A stretch of 63,572 nucleotides of DNA, the filler included, from Platydemus manokwari (taxonomy: Eukaryota): assembly GCA_037951405.1 (NCBI GenBank). It is 5 parts of 5 records of this genome, joined end to end, with 100 filler letters (N's around TTAATTAATTAA, not from the genome) between each part and the next. Parts side by side here need not be neighbours in the genome. Positions count along the whole stretch, not along the records: positions 34,348 to 54,357 come from JBBMOY011655847.1; 4 more parts are not named here. One strand, given 5' to 3'. Under the pieces are notes generated by a model. That model saw only the letters and a program-made list of their open reading frames with translations, made no database searches and was not told the origin of the DNA. This document shows, one piece after another, positions 36,246 through 49,800 of the stretch. Within the stretch, counting starts at the first letter, position 1, and every line of letters starts with the position of its first letter. The position numbers were made by a program, and so were the translations under genes.

Positions 36246-37950
36246 AGTCATAAGTACAATCAGGCATAATATTTATTTGAAAAAACTACACTAATACTCC
36301 AATCAAATATATTTAAACAAACACCGTTTATTTATTTAATCACGTTACTATATATATAACGTTACTGTGCAAATATAGGAAAGATTGAATAAATGAAAAT
36401 AATCGCCTCCACTTATTGGTTAATTTAATTATTTAATCTTACTCTTTTACAATACTTAGTCTGTCTTCCATTATAATTCATACCCAGTCTAATTGTAATG
36501 CCTTAGGTATGAAATCTAATTCAATTAGCAAGACAATTTTTACAGATGTACTAAATAGAATTGCTAAAAAACCTATTACTTCATTGGTATTTATTTTGTA
36601 AATAAATAGAAAAAATAAAATACACTCTCACCAATCATTCAGGCGAAAACTCACGAAGTTTGAAAGTATATTATGCAAAGTTATCACTGTGTATTAGAAA
36701 TAACATATAATTCCTAGCTTTCTATATTTTCTATTGAATAAGTTAGATAAATCTTAGATTTGTTTAAAGATTTAGAAAAAACGCGTGACTTTTGAATCAA
36801 TAAAATTTGATAAAATAAATTTTGATGGAAACCAAAGATGTTTTTACTGAATATATTTAATTTTTTCATAATATTTACATACTAAAATGCTAAATTCTTT
36901 ATTGAACCTCTGGAGTTTAATATTCATATGTCTATTCTGGATTTAATATCCATCTACCACAATCAGCTATACAGAATAGATATAAGAAAGTTTTCTTAAT
37001 ATTTCACGTTATACGTATCGCATTTGTACAATATTTGTATTTTCCGATTATTAAGATATTTATCGGTTTGCATTTGAAAGAACAGTTTGCTTACAACCAT
37101 CAAAAAAAGTTTTTTGTCATTTAATTCATTACAATATCCCATTTTACAATGAAATAATCCATTTATTATATTAAAGTATTGTGAAAGTTTAATGGCCATT
37201 CTGCTAACACGGTTTCAATCTAAAAACAAATGAATTTAAATATCTCATAGGAAAAAAATTGTGAGAACTTTTTCAGACTTTATCAAATTGAATGCAAAAA
37301 CTAAATTTCTTTTGTTGTGAAATATTAATAACATGAATTTAATTTTATATGAATTTATTTTACTTTTTATATAAGTAAAAGAAGATATCGAAGCGAATGA
37401 AGAAGTATTATATAAAAATAAACATGTAAATAAATTGAGGATATGACGTCAACTTTTGCTCTTTACTGTTGGTATGACACTATCGTAAAATGTTGCCGAA
37501 TCAAAGAGCGTTGATTAGACAACCTTGGTTGGATTTTAGAATAATATATTATTTAAAGGCTGGTGTATATATCCATTTTAGGTCTCTGGCAAGGATTTCA
37601 GCCGTAAATTTTGACATAATCAACATAATAGTGGTATTATTTGAATGAAAACACTGTTATGACCATGGATATGATTTGTATTTATGATTTCATACATAAA
37701 CTTAACAAAATGGGAACTCACACTTTCAGACAAAGCCCAAACTATTTTTAAAGGTTTTCCGAACACGGTTTCGATTCAACAAGGATTGAATTGAGTAAAT
37801 CATGGGAAAATTAAATATGGTGAATGATTTTTAAGCTAATTTGTAAAAATCGAAGGTATTATTACTAGAATAATAAATTATAAAAACAAGGAAAATCGAT
37901 AGAGGAAACTATTTAGCAACAATTTCCTCATTTAATATTCAATAATTAAG

Positions 37951-37958
37951 TATAAAAG
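37951..37958 (+). promoter_or_regulatory. Candidate TATA box of the Dcp2-like gene
   Basis: TATAAAAG 60 nt upstream of ATG 38011; AATAAA follows the stop (~38715). The AT-rich background lowers specificity. Confidence 0.4.
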
Positions 37959-38010
37959 CATTTCTACTCAAGAAAATTTCATAAATTTCAATTTATTTAT
38001 TTATAAAATC

Positions 38011-38712
38011 ATGAAATTAATCAGTGACGAGATGAAAGATGAATTATTTGTTCGATTTTTATCGGATGTGACACTTTATAATACTAGCATGTCGAAATGC
38101 TTTGGGAAATTGGAGAGAATGTACTGGTACCATATTGATTTAAATAATATAGATGAAAAACCATCAAAAATTGGAATGAGAAAATTTGTCAAACAAATTA
38201 AAGATTATTTGTTTCATATTTTGCCAGAAGGATTGGATGTCATCGAAGAATATGATAAATGGATTAAAAATCGTTCTAAAGTTCCACGATGTAAAGTCAT
38301 ATTATTAGATTCGAATCTAGAAAATGTAATTCTGACAAAGAATCAATTTTCTGAATTTCTATTGTTTCCTGGTGGGAAAGTAGATGATAGCGATAGAGAT
38401 TTGGTCGATACAGCTATTAGAGAAACATTTGAAGAAATTGGTATTGATATCTCAGATAAAATTAAACCAGATCAATATTTTGATCTTCATCAATATGGTA
38501 TGAAAAATCGTTATTACATAATAGGGAATATTGACATGAGTACTGAATTGAAACCGTTAGTTTCCAATGAAATCGAATATATCAAGTGGTTCCCTCTTAG
38601 AGACTTACCAAATAATGTGGAAAAGTACAACTTAACAGCTCACAATACGAAACTTATCAGATTATCTATTCCTGAATTGAAAAAATATCTATCTAGCATG
38701 TTAGATAACTAA
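38011..38712 (+). CDS. Dcp2-like mRNA-decapping Nudix hydrolase, intronless, 233 aa
   Basis: Box A-like 'DELFVRFL..CFGKLERMYWYHIDL', 'SKVPRCKVILLD', Nudix box 'FPGGKVDDSDRDLVDTAIRETFEEIG', and 'EIEYIKWFPLRDLP'. Confidence 0.88.
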   Translation: MKLISDEMKDELFVRFLSDVTLYNTSMSKCFGKLERMYWYHIDLNNIDEKPSKIGMRKFVKQIKDYLFHILPEGLDVIEEYDKWIKNRSKVPRCKVILLDSNLENVILTKNQFSEFLLFPGGKVDDSDRDLVDTAIRETFEEIGIDISDKIKPDQYFDLHQYGMKNRYYIIGNIDMSTELKPLVSNEIEYIKWFPLRDLPNNVEKYNLTAHNTKLIRLSIPELKKYLSSMLDN

Positions 38713-39699
38713 ATTAATAAATTATTTTAAATTTGCATAAATTTCTTAAAAATTTCTTGGTTATAAGGTACATTTACAAATTTATCAATTATAAGATAGA
38801 AAAGATTGAAAATAGTTGATTATTTCAAAACTTTCATTTTTAAAATTCTTGAAATCATATCACTACAATTTGATATATTATTCACCAAAATCGGTTCCGT
38901 AATTCAATAGTTATATTAATTGTAAAATGGTAGCTGTCATTTCACATCACTGAGACACTCAAAATTAGAGATTTTATTTTTTACACTCAATTATTCTTGG
39001 AAATAATGTGTTAGTCAAATAAAAGTTTACAAGAACACATTTTGTTAGAATTGCTTAAATACGTGATGACATATATACTATAAATAACGTAGAGTTAATT
39101 ATATGAATTACATTACGAAGAAAACATGAGTAAGTTTTGAGTACATTAATTTTATCGAATCTATTTATTCAACGAAAACATTCTAATCAAGTATAATTAT
39201 TTGCGGTTATCAAAGTTCTAAATTGTTTCTTTCGTAGAAATTTACTTTTAACATTTTATATAATAGCTTTTTCAAAGTTCGTGTAATTCTTTTATCTTTG
39301 ATTCTCCCAACTTTTATTTTTTAACCACAAGGGTATCCGACCACTTATTTGGGTACACTTGAATCCTTTTCTCGAGAGTCTGAAATGTCAATTTTAGAAA
39401 TCAAAACATCTTGACAATTGTAGAATCAAATTATTTGTAGTAATTTTTAATGCATTTTTATTATATTAATATATTTGTCAATAACATCAAAGAAGACATT
39501 TGATACCAAATTTGAGGAAAATTTCATAACATAGGTAACTAGACAGGTTAGTTCTAAAAAATTTGTTTACTTAAATAATTCTGCAGGTCGCTTGTTTATG
39601 TCATAATCTTAAGATAGACATTATCTTGTTTGAAATACTTTATTATAGATTTAATAATATGGCTAACTGAAGTTCTTTATCGCCCATCCTAACAATGTT

Positions 39700-42600
39700 T
39701 TGCCAGTATATATTTTAATGACGCTTGAATGTCTCGATTATTTTCCGTGGATAAGTTTCACAAGAAATGCCTTCTAGACGGATTCCAAATTGTTTGATGT
39801 CTTAAAATATTTGTACTGTTGGAGTTATTATTTTTCTACGATTATATTAACAATATTTGTTTGCTTGAATCCATGTGAATTATTTTACTTTTATTTATTG
39901 AATATAACATTATTTCTTTATATCAAGTTTATTTATCCATTTTCTTGTCTTGATTTCTAATATTATTTTATCTCCAAATTTAAGTCCGAGTTATTTAACA
40001 TTTTAATCTTAAAATTCTTCATTTATTTTTGAGCAAAATTTATCTTTAACTTAGCTCTTTGTCATTGTTCTTTGAATTTTTCGTTCATTATATCCATAGT
40101 ATTATTTATTCATATTATTTTTGAATTATTTCTAAGACATTCTGTATATTACTATGTTTGAGATACATTAGATAAAACGATGAATATCCTGTACTGGATT
40201 GGATTTAATGACATTTCTATAAATATATAAGAATGATAATCATTTTGAGCTGAGTTCTTAAATTATATGTTTCACGAATAAATCCCACAAACACTTTATA
40301 TTGCCAGTGGTTAGCTTTGTTATTTAGAATTCTTTGTTGTTGGCTTCTTTCATTTGAAAAGTTCAGTATCTGTGTGTCGATAAACTTTGTAGTGCTCTAT
40401 ATCGACATACTATTGCCTAGATAAACAGTTTGCCTATTATGCTTGCCTTTTGTCAGCAATTACTTATGCTTCAGGCCATCTTGTTAAATGGTCAATAAAT
40501 GCGACTGTATTTCTTGCTAATTTTAGTCAGAAAAAGTATTCCAACTGTGTCTATTGCCATCCTTTCCGTAGGTGCACTTGGTGCAAATATTGGTTAAATT
40601 TATTTTTAAATTTATGTTTTTAAATTTATTTCATGTTTTGTCGAGTCTGACACACTTTTCACGTGATATACTATTGTTTTAAGTCTTTCCCAGTAATATA
40701 TTTGATAAATTCGATATCTCGTTTTCCTGGAAGATTGAGATCCTCATAATGTTCCATGGTGATATTGCAATAAAATTGTTTCTTGCAACTACTCTAGCAC
40801 TATTATCAAATTGTTATGATCCGTTAAGACATGCATCTGGTGTGCATAGATGAAATCTCCAAACTTTTCTGCTGTATAAAATACTACTTCTAGTTAGAAT
40901 ACTACTTAGATTTTCTCATGACTTTTACGTGTTCTCTATGTAGCACATTTGATGCCATGGTCATCTGTGTGTCCCCATGCTTCACTTACATCGTTTATGA
41001 TGATGAATTGTTTAGTCATATTGGGATGTCTGATTATATATTTTCTGAAATTAGTATCGCTTTGAGCTTGATAAATATTTGTTCTTCTGTCACATTGTAA
41101 AGAGATATTTTAATGTAGTAATTGAATTAATGGTGTAGATATTGTTGCACAATAATATCGTAAAACTGATGTCGCTATTCAGCATTCCCGATCTTTGTAC
41201 TGTTAAAATCTAGCTCATTAAGGTTTCTTTTGTGCTTTTGGTGATAATATTTAAAAGCTTGGTTACTTATTTCATTATGTTAACTGCGAAATACGTGATG
41301 AAATTAATAGATTAATGGGTTATTTTGTCTACTACCCCGAGATGAGTAAAGATTCGATCAGGGTATGTAAGGTGCTTCCTTCTATTCTTACTCTTTTTGT
41401 AATGAATCTTTAATTGAGTCGAAAAACTTTTAGTTTTTTATATAAGCTTCCAATGTTTGATTTGCAATTCCAGAAAGTTCATCGACAGTCTCATTGAACT
41501 GTATTTGGGTTGTTTATGGATCGTTAGTACTTTTCTTACGAAACAAATTATTCTAACACTTTATCGACTATCTGTATTTAATTCTAAAATCATTTGCTTC
41601 GGATATTAAAACCCTTGTCTATTAATTATCTCCTGTAATTTAGGTATACATTCCTCTGTTTCGATATCCATGTGTTGATAATAATGAGATTCCAGATAAT
41701 TCAGCAATCTTTCTAGACACTTTCTTGATTTCGGGGTTAGCCGAAGTCTCTATTAGATCATTGATATGCTTGTGATATTGCTTATATAGTTTGCGTGAAT
41801 TGGTTGAATGGCTTCTGCGGGCCTTCTTCGAGAACAGACGCGTGTTGCGGATGTTAATGTTTTGGTTGGGTTTAATTTTTGGTCTGGGTTATTAATTCTC
41901 TTAAACGGTCAGCGCATGTGCTCAGCTGTTGCAATCATGCTAGCTCATTATTTTCGGTGATTAGCGGAATAACCACTGGTGTTTTTTCTTCTACTACTTT
42001 GATAAGAAATTGCATTTTCGTGGCATAACCGAAATTTCCTGCTCGTATGTCACCTAGGTTAATTGTTACTATTGGTTTGTGATTACTTGTATACGTATTA
42101 AATATTCTTCATCATTCACGTGATTCGTCCATACTGTGAGCACTAAAGATACATTTATTTATATATTTCTTTATTATTTTTTATTTTGGACGTCTTTCTC
42201 TAGAATGTGAGAAGTTATAAAATGTGACCGAGGTAGAGGTAAATGCACTTCGATGCGGTATGTGGCAATTTCTACCAGTTATGTGACTAGGAATGGGATC
42301 ATGTCTTTGAGCTGATCCACTGATATGCTTATGTATATTTGTTCACTAAATAGGCTTTTTACCTCTTCATCGCTTATGGATGATTTAAGTATATTGGGTT
42401 AGAGCCCTTTTAATAAATCTGTTCATTTTCTTATGTCTACTTGAGTTAGTGTATTACCCCAATTTATTGCTAGCAAAACCTATTTGTCTTCGCTTCCAAT
42501 AATGATCTGGTCTTGTTCTTGTCTGAGTTACTTGATTCCATCTTCTTCAACCGAATTTCCTTTTGATGCATGGTAATTAATTTCCTATTTTTCATTGATA

Positions 42601-43400
42601 ATTCGTTTTGTGCCTGCGCGTTTTTCTGCATTTTTTTTTCTTCTTTAATTACACGCGCAGTCTTTTTTACCTGATAGTGATGTTTGCAATTACTGGCGAT
42701 AACCTTGTTTGATTGAATTGTTCGGTTGCCTCTGAGCACAGTATGAATTCTTTTTCATACTTTGTTTGAGCTTGTACATGTTTTGAGGTGTATAACCAAT
42801 AAATGCATAGAAAATTTATTCATGTTGTCTTTTTCGTATGTTCTTCCCTAAGGCCTATTTCAATCATCTTTCAGGCAGTTTGCTATAGTTCTGATGCATC
42901 TTCTTTGTTGAATCATGTATTTTCTCCTTTCTTATTATTTCAAGTTAGATCCTGCATTATTTTCGTTGTTTATTTGGAGTATAATTGCTCTCCTTTCTCG
43001 AAAAGATCTGCACTTCTGCTACTGTCTGGAGTACCTTTTTTCCCATATTCTACATAGAGGCTTCGATAATAATATGTTTATTTTGAACTTCAGTACATAA
43101 ATTGATCTAGATTTTTTTCTTTAAAATTGAACATCATTTTCCCAAATACAGATTTTCTTGAAGGAGGGTGATTTTTCAGCTTTTTTATTCCAAAATTTGG
43201 ATTTTTGTCATGTAATTCATGCATTTTAATTCTCCTGTCTAAGTTTCGGTGTGTATCCCCTTGTACATGTGTTTCATGTTAAAAACGGATGTTTATTGTA
43301 AGTTTCCTCCTTTTTGTGCTTTTAGCATTATGCAGAGTTCTTTTATGTTCTTAACTTACTAAATCTAATGCGCTTTTATTTGTTATTGGTTCAAGTTTTA
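39700..43400 (-). mobile_element. Old, heavily decayed Ty3/Gypsy element (integrase recognisable)
   Basis: Minus-strand integrase motifs 'LQYHH..RIYQIYYW' (40690-40770), 'APSAPTERMAIDTVG' (~40540-40585) and 'AFIDHLTRWPEA' (~40468-40503). Upstream broken coding-like sequence is presumed gag/pol; boundaries approximate. Confidence 0.7.
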
Positions 43401-45499
43401 TTTAATATTAATGTTGCCACCGATAATCTGATTCCTTTCAATTTGTAGGTTGTAAAAATGTACATAGCTAAGCTTTATTCAAAATATGAGAGATATTTCC
43501 TAGGTGTAATAATAGGTATGATTACAAAAATTTGATTGGAATGTAAGCTATAGTGTTAAAAACAGTGCATACAAGAAAAATACCGGCATCGAGACATAAT
43601 ATGGTTATTGTTAAATTAAAAATTAGCAGTTTCGAAAATCCTAATTTTGTCTTTTTTCTGGCTTTGTCAACCATATTTATAGTGGTTGTTTCTATGCGCC
43701 ATCGAGTGTAGTAAGCCCAATGTTCAGCACACCGATAGCCGAAATCGATTACATTGACATTTAAATGCCAATATTATATGATATTTAAGTGGCATTTTAT
43801 TTACTGAATCGACTTGTTCTTATTTTTGAATTCTTACAATTCCTCAAAAGATTCTGATTTACAATTTCAAATCGATAAGACAACAACTAAATCACTAATT
43901 ATTTATTATTGGTTAATTATCTTCACCAGCTTCATATTATTAATTTTCATACTAATGTATCTTACCAATTTTATTAATATATTATCCAATTAATTGAGCA
44001 ACGATTACCACTTTGATACACTGTAAAATAATTTTATTAGTTTTTTTGTTAAAACATACGAAAAATTATTAAGAATCTTTTGTTCAGTTAATTGCTACTT
44101 TTGCTCTTCTATCAGACAACTAACATATCATTTAGTGTATTTCCATGGTAATGAGCTGTTTTGAAAAAAATATTATTAGAATCTTTATCTAATTACCATC
44201 TCCCAAATGTCAAAATCTTATTCTTTGAATTTATTATAAAATCATCTATAAAACAAATCTATTATCGATTGTAATGTCGGTACAATGCAAATGATAATCT
44301 CTTGTAATCTAAATTAACCTATAAATATAGCACAATAAATCATTTAAAGCAATAATATTACACGAATCCTTATCTTGAGATTTTTTTAAATCAATAATTG
44401 GTGATTCATGGAGTTTACAAATAAAGCTTTTCATTCAGATTTTGATAAAATATTAAAACAACTATATTTACAGAAATACCAAAGAATTGGCAAACAAAAT
44501 TTTGTTTTCCATTAACTTGGTTACGTCATAAGATGACCTGTTAAAAAGTAGGATGCTTATTGGTGTTCATTAGAAAGACTTTCAATAGGGACGATTGTCA
44601 TGTAAGCCATTAAATGTCAAATGATTATCGCTGTACAAAGCGGTTAAAGATATTGCTGTACAAAATGTTTTATCGGTAAATTAGGCAGGCGCGCATCTCA
44701 AAACAAATGATACTGGATGATTCAACTTGGTTTGTTTTCTTGGTTGATTGAGACCACACTAGAATTAAATGTTTGGCAAATACACAAATCGATTTCGAGA
44801 TTTATGTTTAAGGTTTTCTTCATTTTATGCTTTCGATATTAATTGATTCATGAATTGTAATTTCCCTTCTGGGCAATGGCTATACTGATGCAAAAATATT
44901 GCGATTCAGATTCATGTTTCATTAAATTTTGGTATAAATATATAAAAGCATGAATTTACCATTCTAGATGACATCCAAAAAAATTCCAAAATTATAAAAA
45001 ATGTTCTGAAATCATAAATATTGACGAATACATCTATAAAACAGATATTTTCCATACTTCGAAATAATTAATTTGTACTGTAACAGAGAATTAAATTCTA
45101 AGTATTGTTATGATACCAAAACAAATTTTTTTTCAGAATATCATTAATTATCCTAAATATTTTAAAATATTTCATTTTGATATCTCTACTTAAGGCAATT
45201 TGATTTTAAATTGATTAAAATATTTATGATTTCCAAGAAAGTCTTGTAATATTTCTACTACTGCCTGTTATGAGTAGATACAAATCAGTGTAAAATTTAA
45301 CTAGTTAGAAATATTTCACTAACATACAACTAATGCTAACAAGTTGCAGATCATCAAAATGAAAAAGACGATCTAACAAAATAAGGCATTATTCTCATCA
45401 ATATATCAAAAATATGTACAATAAATGATGAGCAAATCGCACTGATACAGACATGATACAATCTCAAAGAACAAATGGACATAAATGTTTGGTGCGAAA

Positions 45500-46888
45500 T
45501 TATTTTCCAATCTGACTTCGTAACATATGCATGTTTTTTTCTAATCGCCGTAGTCGGCTTTGATCGGCTCGCATGTGAAATTTGAGCGATCTAATTTCAG
45601 AACGCAATGACTGAAGAGATTGCCTTAAAGATTTATTTTTATTCCTGGCGGTATGCTTATCTTTCGGTTTGGCATCTGTAGTCGGTGTTTTGGTGAGTTG
45701 ATCATTGTCAGCCTGGGTATTAGGTTGATAATTCATTTGTACAGTGTGTAGAACTGGTGGATTCTGTGGAGTGGCCGTTGGTACGGAAATCCAGTTATAG
45801 AGTGCCAAATTAGGAATAGGTTGGTTGGTATCCGTGGAAACCGGAGAAGTAGTTATGGGTGTAGTTTCTGTGCTGCCATTTGTTCGACCATTGGCTATAT
45901 GAGACATGGTATGACAATTTGAACTTATGGCTACAGATTCCTCGAAAGTTTGTTTACCGAATATTGGAGACTGACTAACGGTAACTCTACCAATATCATT
46001 ATTGACAGAACTATTTCCTATCGCCGGCTTGATATTGTTAAGAGATTGCGGTTTTGGAGTCAACGGGAAAGGTTCGATTTTTACTTTTTGCTTTGTTATT
46101 GGTTTTTTATAGCTCGAGTTATCTTTACGCATGTAATCAGCACGCACAGCTCTCTCAGCTGCTTCAATGTGTTTTCGTACATAATCTTCGGTACTGAGCT
46201 TGGGTTTAGATTGACAAATAGAACTGCTAACGGAAGTTGGAGAAGTGGTGATAACCCTTGATTGGGTAATTACCGGTGATGGCATTTGGGCCATCTGAGT
46301 GATACAAGGTTGTGGCATTTGAGTGAGATTAATTGGGATAACGTGATTGCAGTTTGGTGGTACAGTTATGCAGTTTAAATTAGGAACTTCAGTAGACTGC
46401 CGCGACACCATTAATTGCTGGGTTGCAAGCAAGCTTAATAGATCAATGCCACTGGGCCGTTTTGCCACATCATGTAAAGTTGTATTAACCACATTCAATC
46501 CGTTTAAACCTAAATTGGCGACAGCTAAAGATTTAGACAAAGTCAATAATAAGTTCGAGTCAAGATGAGCTGGAATGTTAATGACTGGAGATGTGGTTGT
46601 TACAATTGGGTTGGATGTTTGAACGGTGCTTGTGGGATTTGGATTCGCTTGTGAGAATTGTGCTGGAGGTGAAATGCATTCCATTTTAACACTGGACGGT
46701 TTTTCCGATCTCTGTTCACGAAATTTCACCATAAGCGCCAGCTCCTCTTCCGTGAAATCATCTTCTTGCGGGAGAACAGGAGGGATCTCCATTGAATTGA
46801 TACTTCGATTACTGCGTTTGTCGTTTTCGATTGAGACCGTTTCCGAATCCAACTGACAACGTTTAGAATGAATTTCATCTTCTGACTC
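45500..46888 (-). CDS. Terminal exon, 462 aa: S/T/P/Q-rich low-complexity region ending in a heptad coiled coil
   Basis: The listed ORF starts at TTG, not ATG. It is preceded by in-frame phase-0 acceptors (ctacAG at 46890-46889) just after an in-frame TAG. Ends [42 protein letters not shown]. Confidence 0.85.
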   Translation of the reverse strand, partial: ESEDEIHSKRCQLDSETVSIENDKRSNRSINSMEIPPVLPQEDDFTEEELALMVKFREQRSEKPSSVKMECISPPAQFSQANPNPTSTVQTSNPIVTTTSPVINIPAHLDSNLLLTLSKSLAVANLGLNGLNVVNTTLHDVAKRPSGIDLLSLLATQQLMVSRQSTEVPNLNCITVPPNCNHVIPINLTQMPQPCITQMAQMPSPVITQSRVITTSPTSVSSSICQSKPKLSTEDYVRKHIEAAERAVRADYMRKDNSSYKKPITKQKVKIEPFPLTPKPQSLNNIKPAIGNSSVNNDIGRVTVSQSPIFGKQTFEESVAISSNCHTMSHIANGRTNGSTETTPITTSPVSTDTNQPIPNLALYNWISVPTATPQNPPVLHTVQMNYQPNTQADNDQLTKTPTTDAKPKDKHTARNKNKSLRQSLQSLRSEIRSLKFHMRADQSRLRRLEKNMHMLRSQIGK

Positions 46889-49800
46889 CTGTAGAATATT
46901 CTAGTGGTACAACATGATAACTTTATATCATTTGTGAATGTATCTGACAGTGACAACTAATAATAGAAGCATTTTTTAGACGAAAGAGAAACAAATATCG
47001 AGAAAAATTGGTTTCTAATATCTATGTGTGATAATGAAAGTAAATTTTTGGTAATAGTTTCAAAAAATTTATTAATAATTTTCAATAAAAGTGGGATTAA
47101 AATCACTAATTGAAACTAAAAATCAATACTGAAACCAGTATTGAATTCATTAGTGATTAAAATCGATTTGGAAGTCTGTAATTGCTACCACAATAGCAAA
47201 GAAATCGATAATGAAAATCAATAATTGTAGTAATTCTGAACTCAATAACTGACATCGACCATACACACCGTTTTTTTTTCAATCAGAAGAGTAGAAAAAA
47301 ATATTTAAATCAATATTTGATATGATTCAAAAATCAATACTGCAACACAATAGAATACAAAAGATTAAAACAAATTTAATCGATATATACATTCATAGTT
47401 AATACAAATATTAAATCTATAATTCGAACAAAAATTAAAATCAATATCAACATTCTTAGGTGCGCAACTCCTAAATGAAAGGAAAAATTCAAAGAATTCT
47501 TCAGAAAAAAATTTAATTCAAAATTGTATTAATCAATAAATCGATGTACTTTTCAACGACGAAAAATACCATATGGAAAAATCAAAAAATGCTTCTATTA
47601 CTCTACTTATTAAATTTGTAAGTAGACAAATTTCATTTATTATTTTATTGAAAATTACGATTACGTTTTCATTATTTTGTAACTATTTTTAAACATCAAA
47701 CTATTTTATGAGAATTGGATTTCTAATGTACAAAACTGATAATACTAACATTACTGGACACGTCTTCATACATTTCGTTGGGTTTCATTGAGCTTTTCTT
47801 TCTTTTCCTGTTCACGTCTCTCGGAGAATTTTCCGACAAAACCGATAGCGATTCACTGGTATGAGAAGAGGCATAAATTCTGTAACGAGCAAATTAATTA
47901 ATAACATTTTCATAACGCCATTTTTCTTGCAACTCACTTCGTATCATCTCTGTTGTTATGTTGGGTGTGCTCTTCATTGTTATAGCACATGCGACATCGA
48001 CAAAGACTCGAACAGAACACCTTGTTCTACACCGTATGACAATTGGATTAAAAGACAAATGAAAATTCAAAATCCAACCTCAAAGCATTCGCAATAATTT
48101 TTCAAACAAGACGACTTCAAGCAATTGCAGCCTTTACTGTGCTTCTTGCCGACATCTTTGTTTTCTGAAGATATGAACAATTGGGTTTATGTATTTATTT
48201 CTATCAAATTGTTATGTGAAATGTACGAATTATTGACAGGCCAGAAACCAGTGTCAAAAATTTTGAAATGCATAAATCAATAAATGTTTTGATCAAATAA
48301 TCAATAATCAATGGTGATTATTTCACCTCTACAGTTGATCAATAACAGATTGATATTATAAATCAATATTAGAATGGCGAATTAATGAAATAATAATCAA
48401 CATTAGATTGACTAAACAAGAAATAAAGAAAATCAATACAAATAATTTTCTCATTCATTTTTGTACGGCTATGAAGAGAATGTGAAAATCAATATGGCAA
48501 TTTCTTAACAGCATTTCAAGCTTAATCTCATATTTAACAAATAAATATTCACGTTGACCCCGATCAGAAAAAAATGTGATGATGATGATGTCATCATAAT
48601 GATTGCATGATTGGGTGCGGCTCGTAACACAAGATTTATCTTCACACTATTCAAACAAGATCGATGACAGCCATCATTGATGACGTCATTGTGATTATAA
48701 AAATTATAACCTATTTTAGAATTGAAGACCCATGGATCTCGTTCCAAATACGAACTGACGATTTTCGCTCGTTCTTCTTTGTGATTTTCATTGTTTCGAC
48801 AATTGATACACGTGCAACCCGAACAGCACAGATTGCCATTAGCAAAACATTCACAATACAATTTCAAACAACTCGATTTGGTGCAAGTGCAACTGCGTGA
48901 CGATGTCTCTTCGCTAGGTGTTGTCGTACGATCTGGGGTTTGGGAAATGTTGAATGAATTTTTCCGTTGCATGAAATTGGCACCACTTTCGACATTTGGG
49001 TCGGGCTGATTGACGAATTCCTTTTTAACTGGATCTTTTTTATTGATTTCTACAAATATATCCAATCGATATCAGTTATTATTATCATTATTATTATCGA
49101 TCAATATTTCTCAACAGCTACTGTCATTATAAATATAATTATTGCCATTATTTTTTGCTTGTTTTGTTGCGGATGTCTGCAATTGTGTTAATTAAAAGTA
49201 ACCATAGATCAACTACAACCATACCAGATAAATCAAATTTCTATATTATCTAACATTCATACTGTGTCAGTTTAATTGATTGATGATTTATCACTCCTTC
49301 ACGATGCAATAAGAAACCAGGCGTGATTTCATATTGACCATTGAGTTTTGTTTTTAAAAAACAAATCTTATCTCACACACATTTGAAAAATGAACAGTTT
49401 TTGACACATTAAATTAATATCGATAATCAATACAAATATTCCAATTTTTTTGCAGATGTGTTGATATTGTAAATTGTGATTGATAAAATTAATATTGAAT
49501 TATCAGATGTTCTGCGAGAAAATGAAATATCAACAATTGTAAATATTGATTGATAATAGAAATTGATCGATTAGAAAATTGATTATGAAATATTTCAATG
49601 AAAATTAACAAAATAATATTGATTAATAAAATTCAATAATACCTATTTCGTTGACTTTTTCTTTTTTCAATGTCTGATCGTCGAGCTTGTTATAACTTTG
49701 TGACAGATTTAGTGGACCGGTCGGCATGGAAACGTTCACTGATAATGATTTGGCTAAATCTGAATTATTATTGGCCATATTTACACGTGATATCGAACTG

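Noticed and set aside
45950-46856. Plus-strand ORFs overlapping the 450-aa ORF, and likewise 48664-49191, 26872-27057, 29704-29970 and 57236-57421
   Set aside because: Antisense shadows of real coding exons.
48560-48710. '[10 protein letters not shown]' continuation of ORF 48505-49065 as a third CXC repeat
   Set aside because: It lies after the donor at 48710 and lacks the Cys spacing; the true CXC2 is in exons 48164-48079 and 48026-47938.
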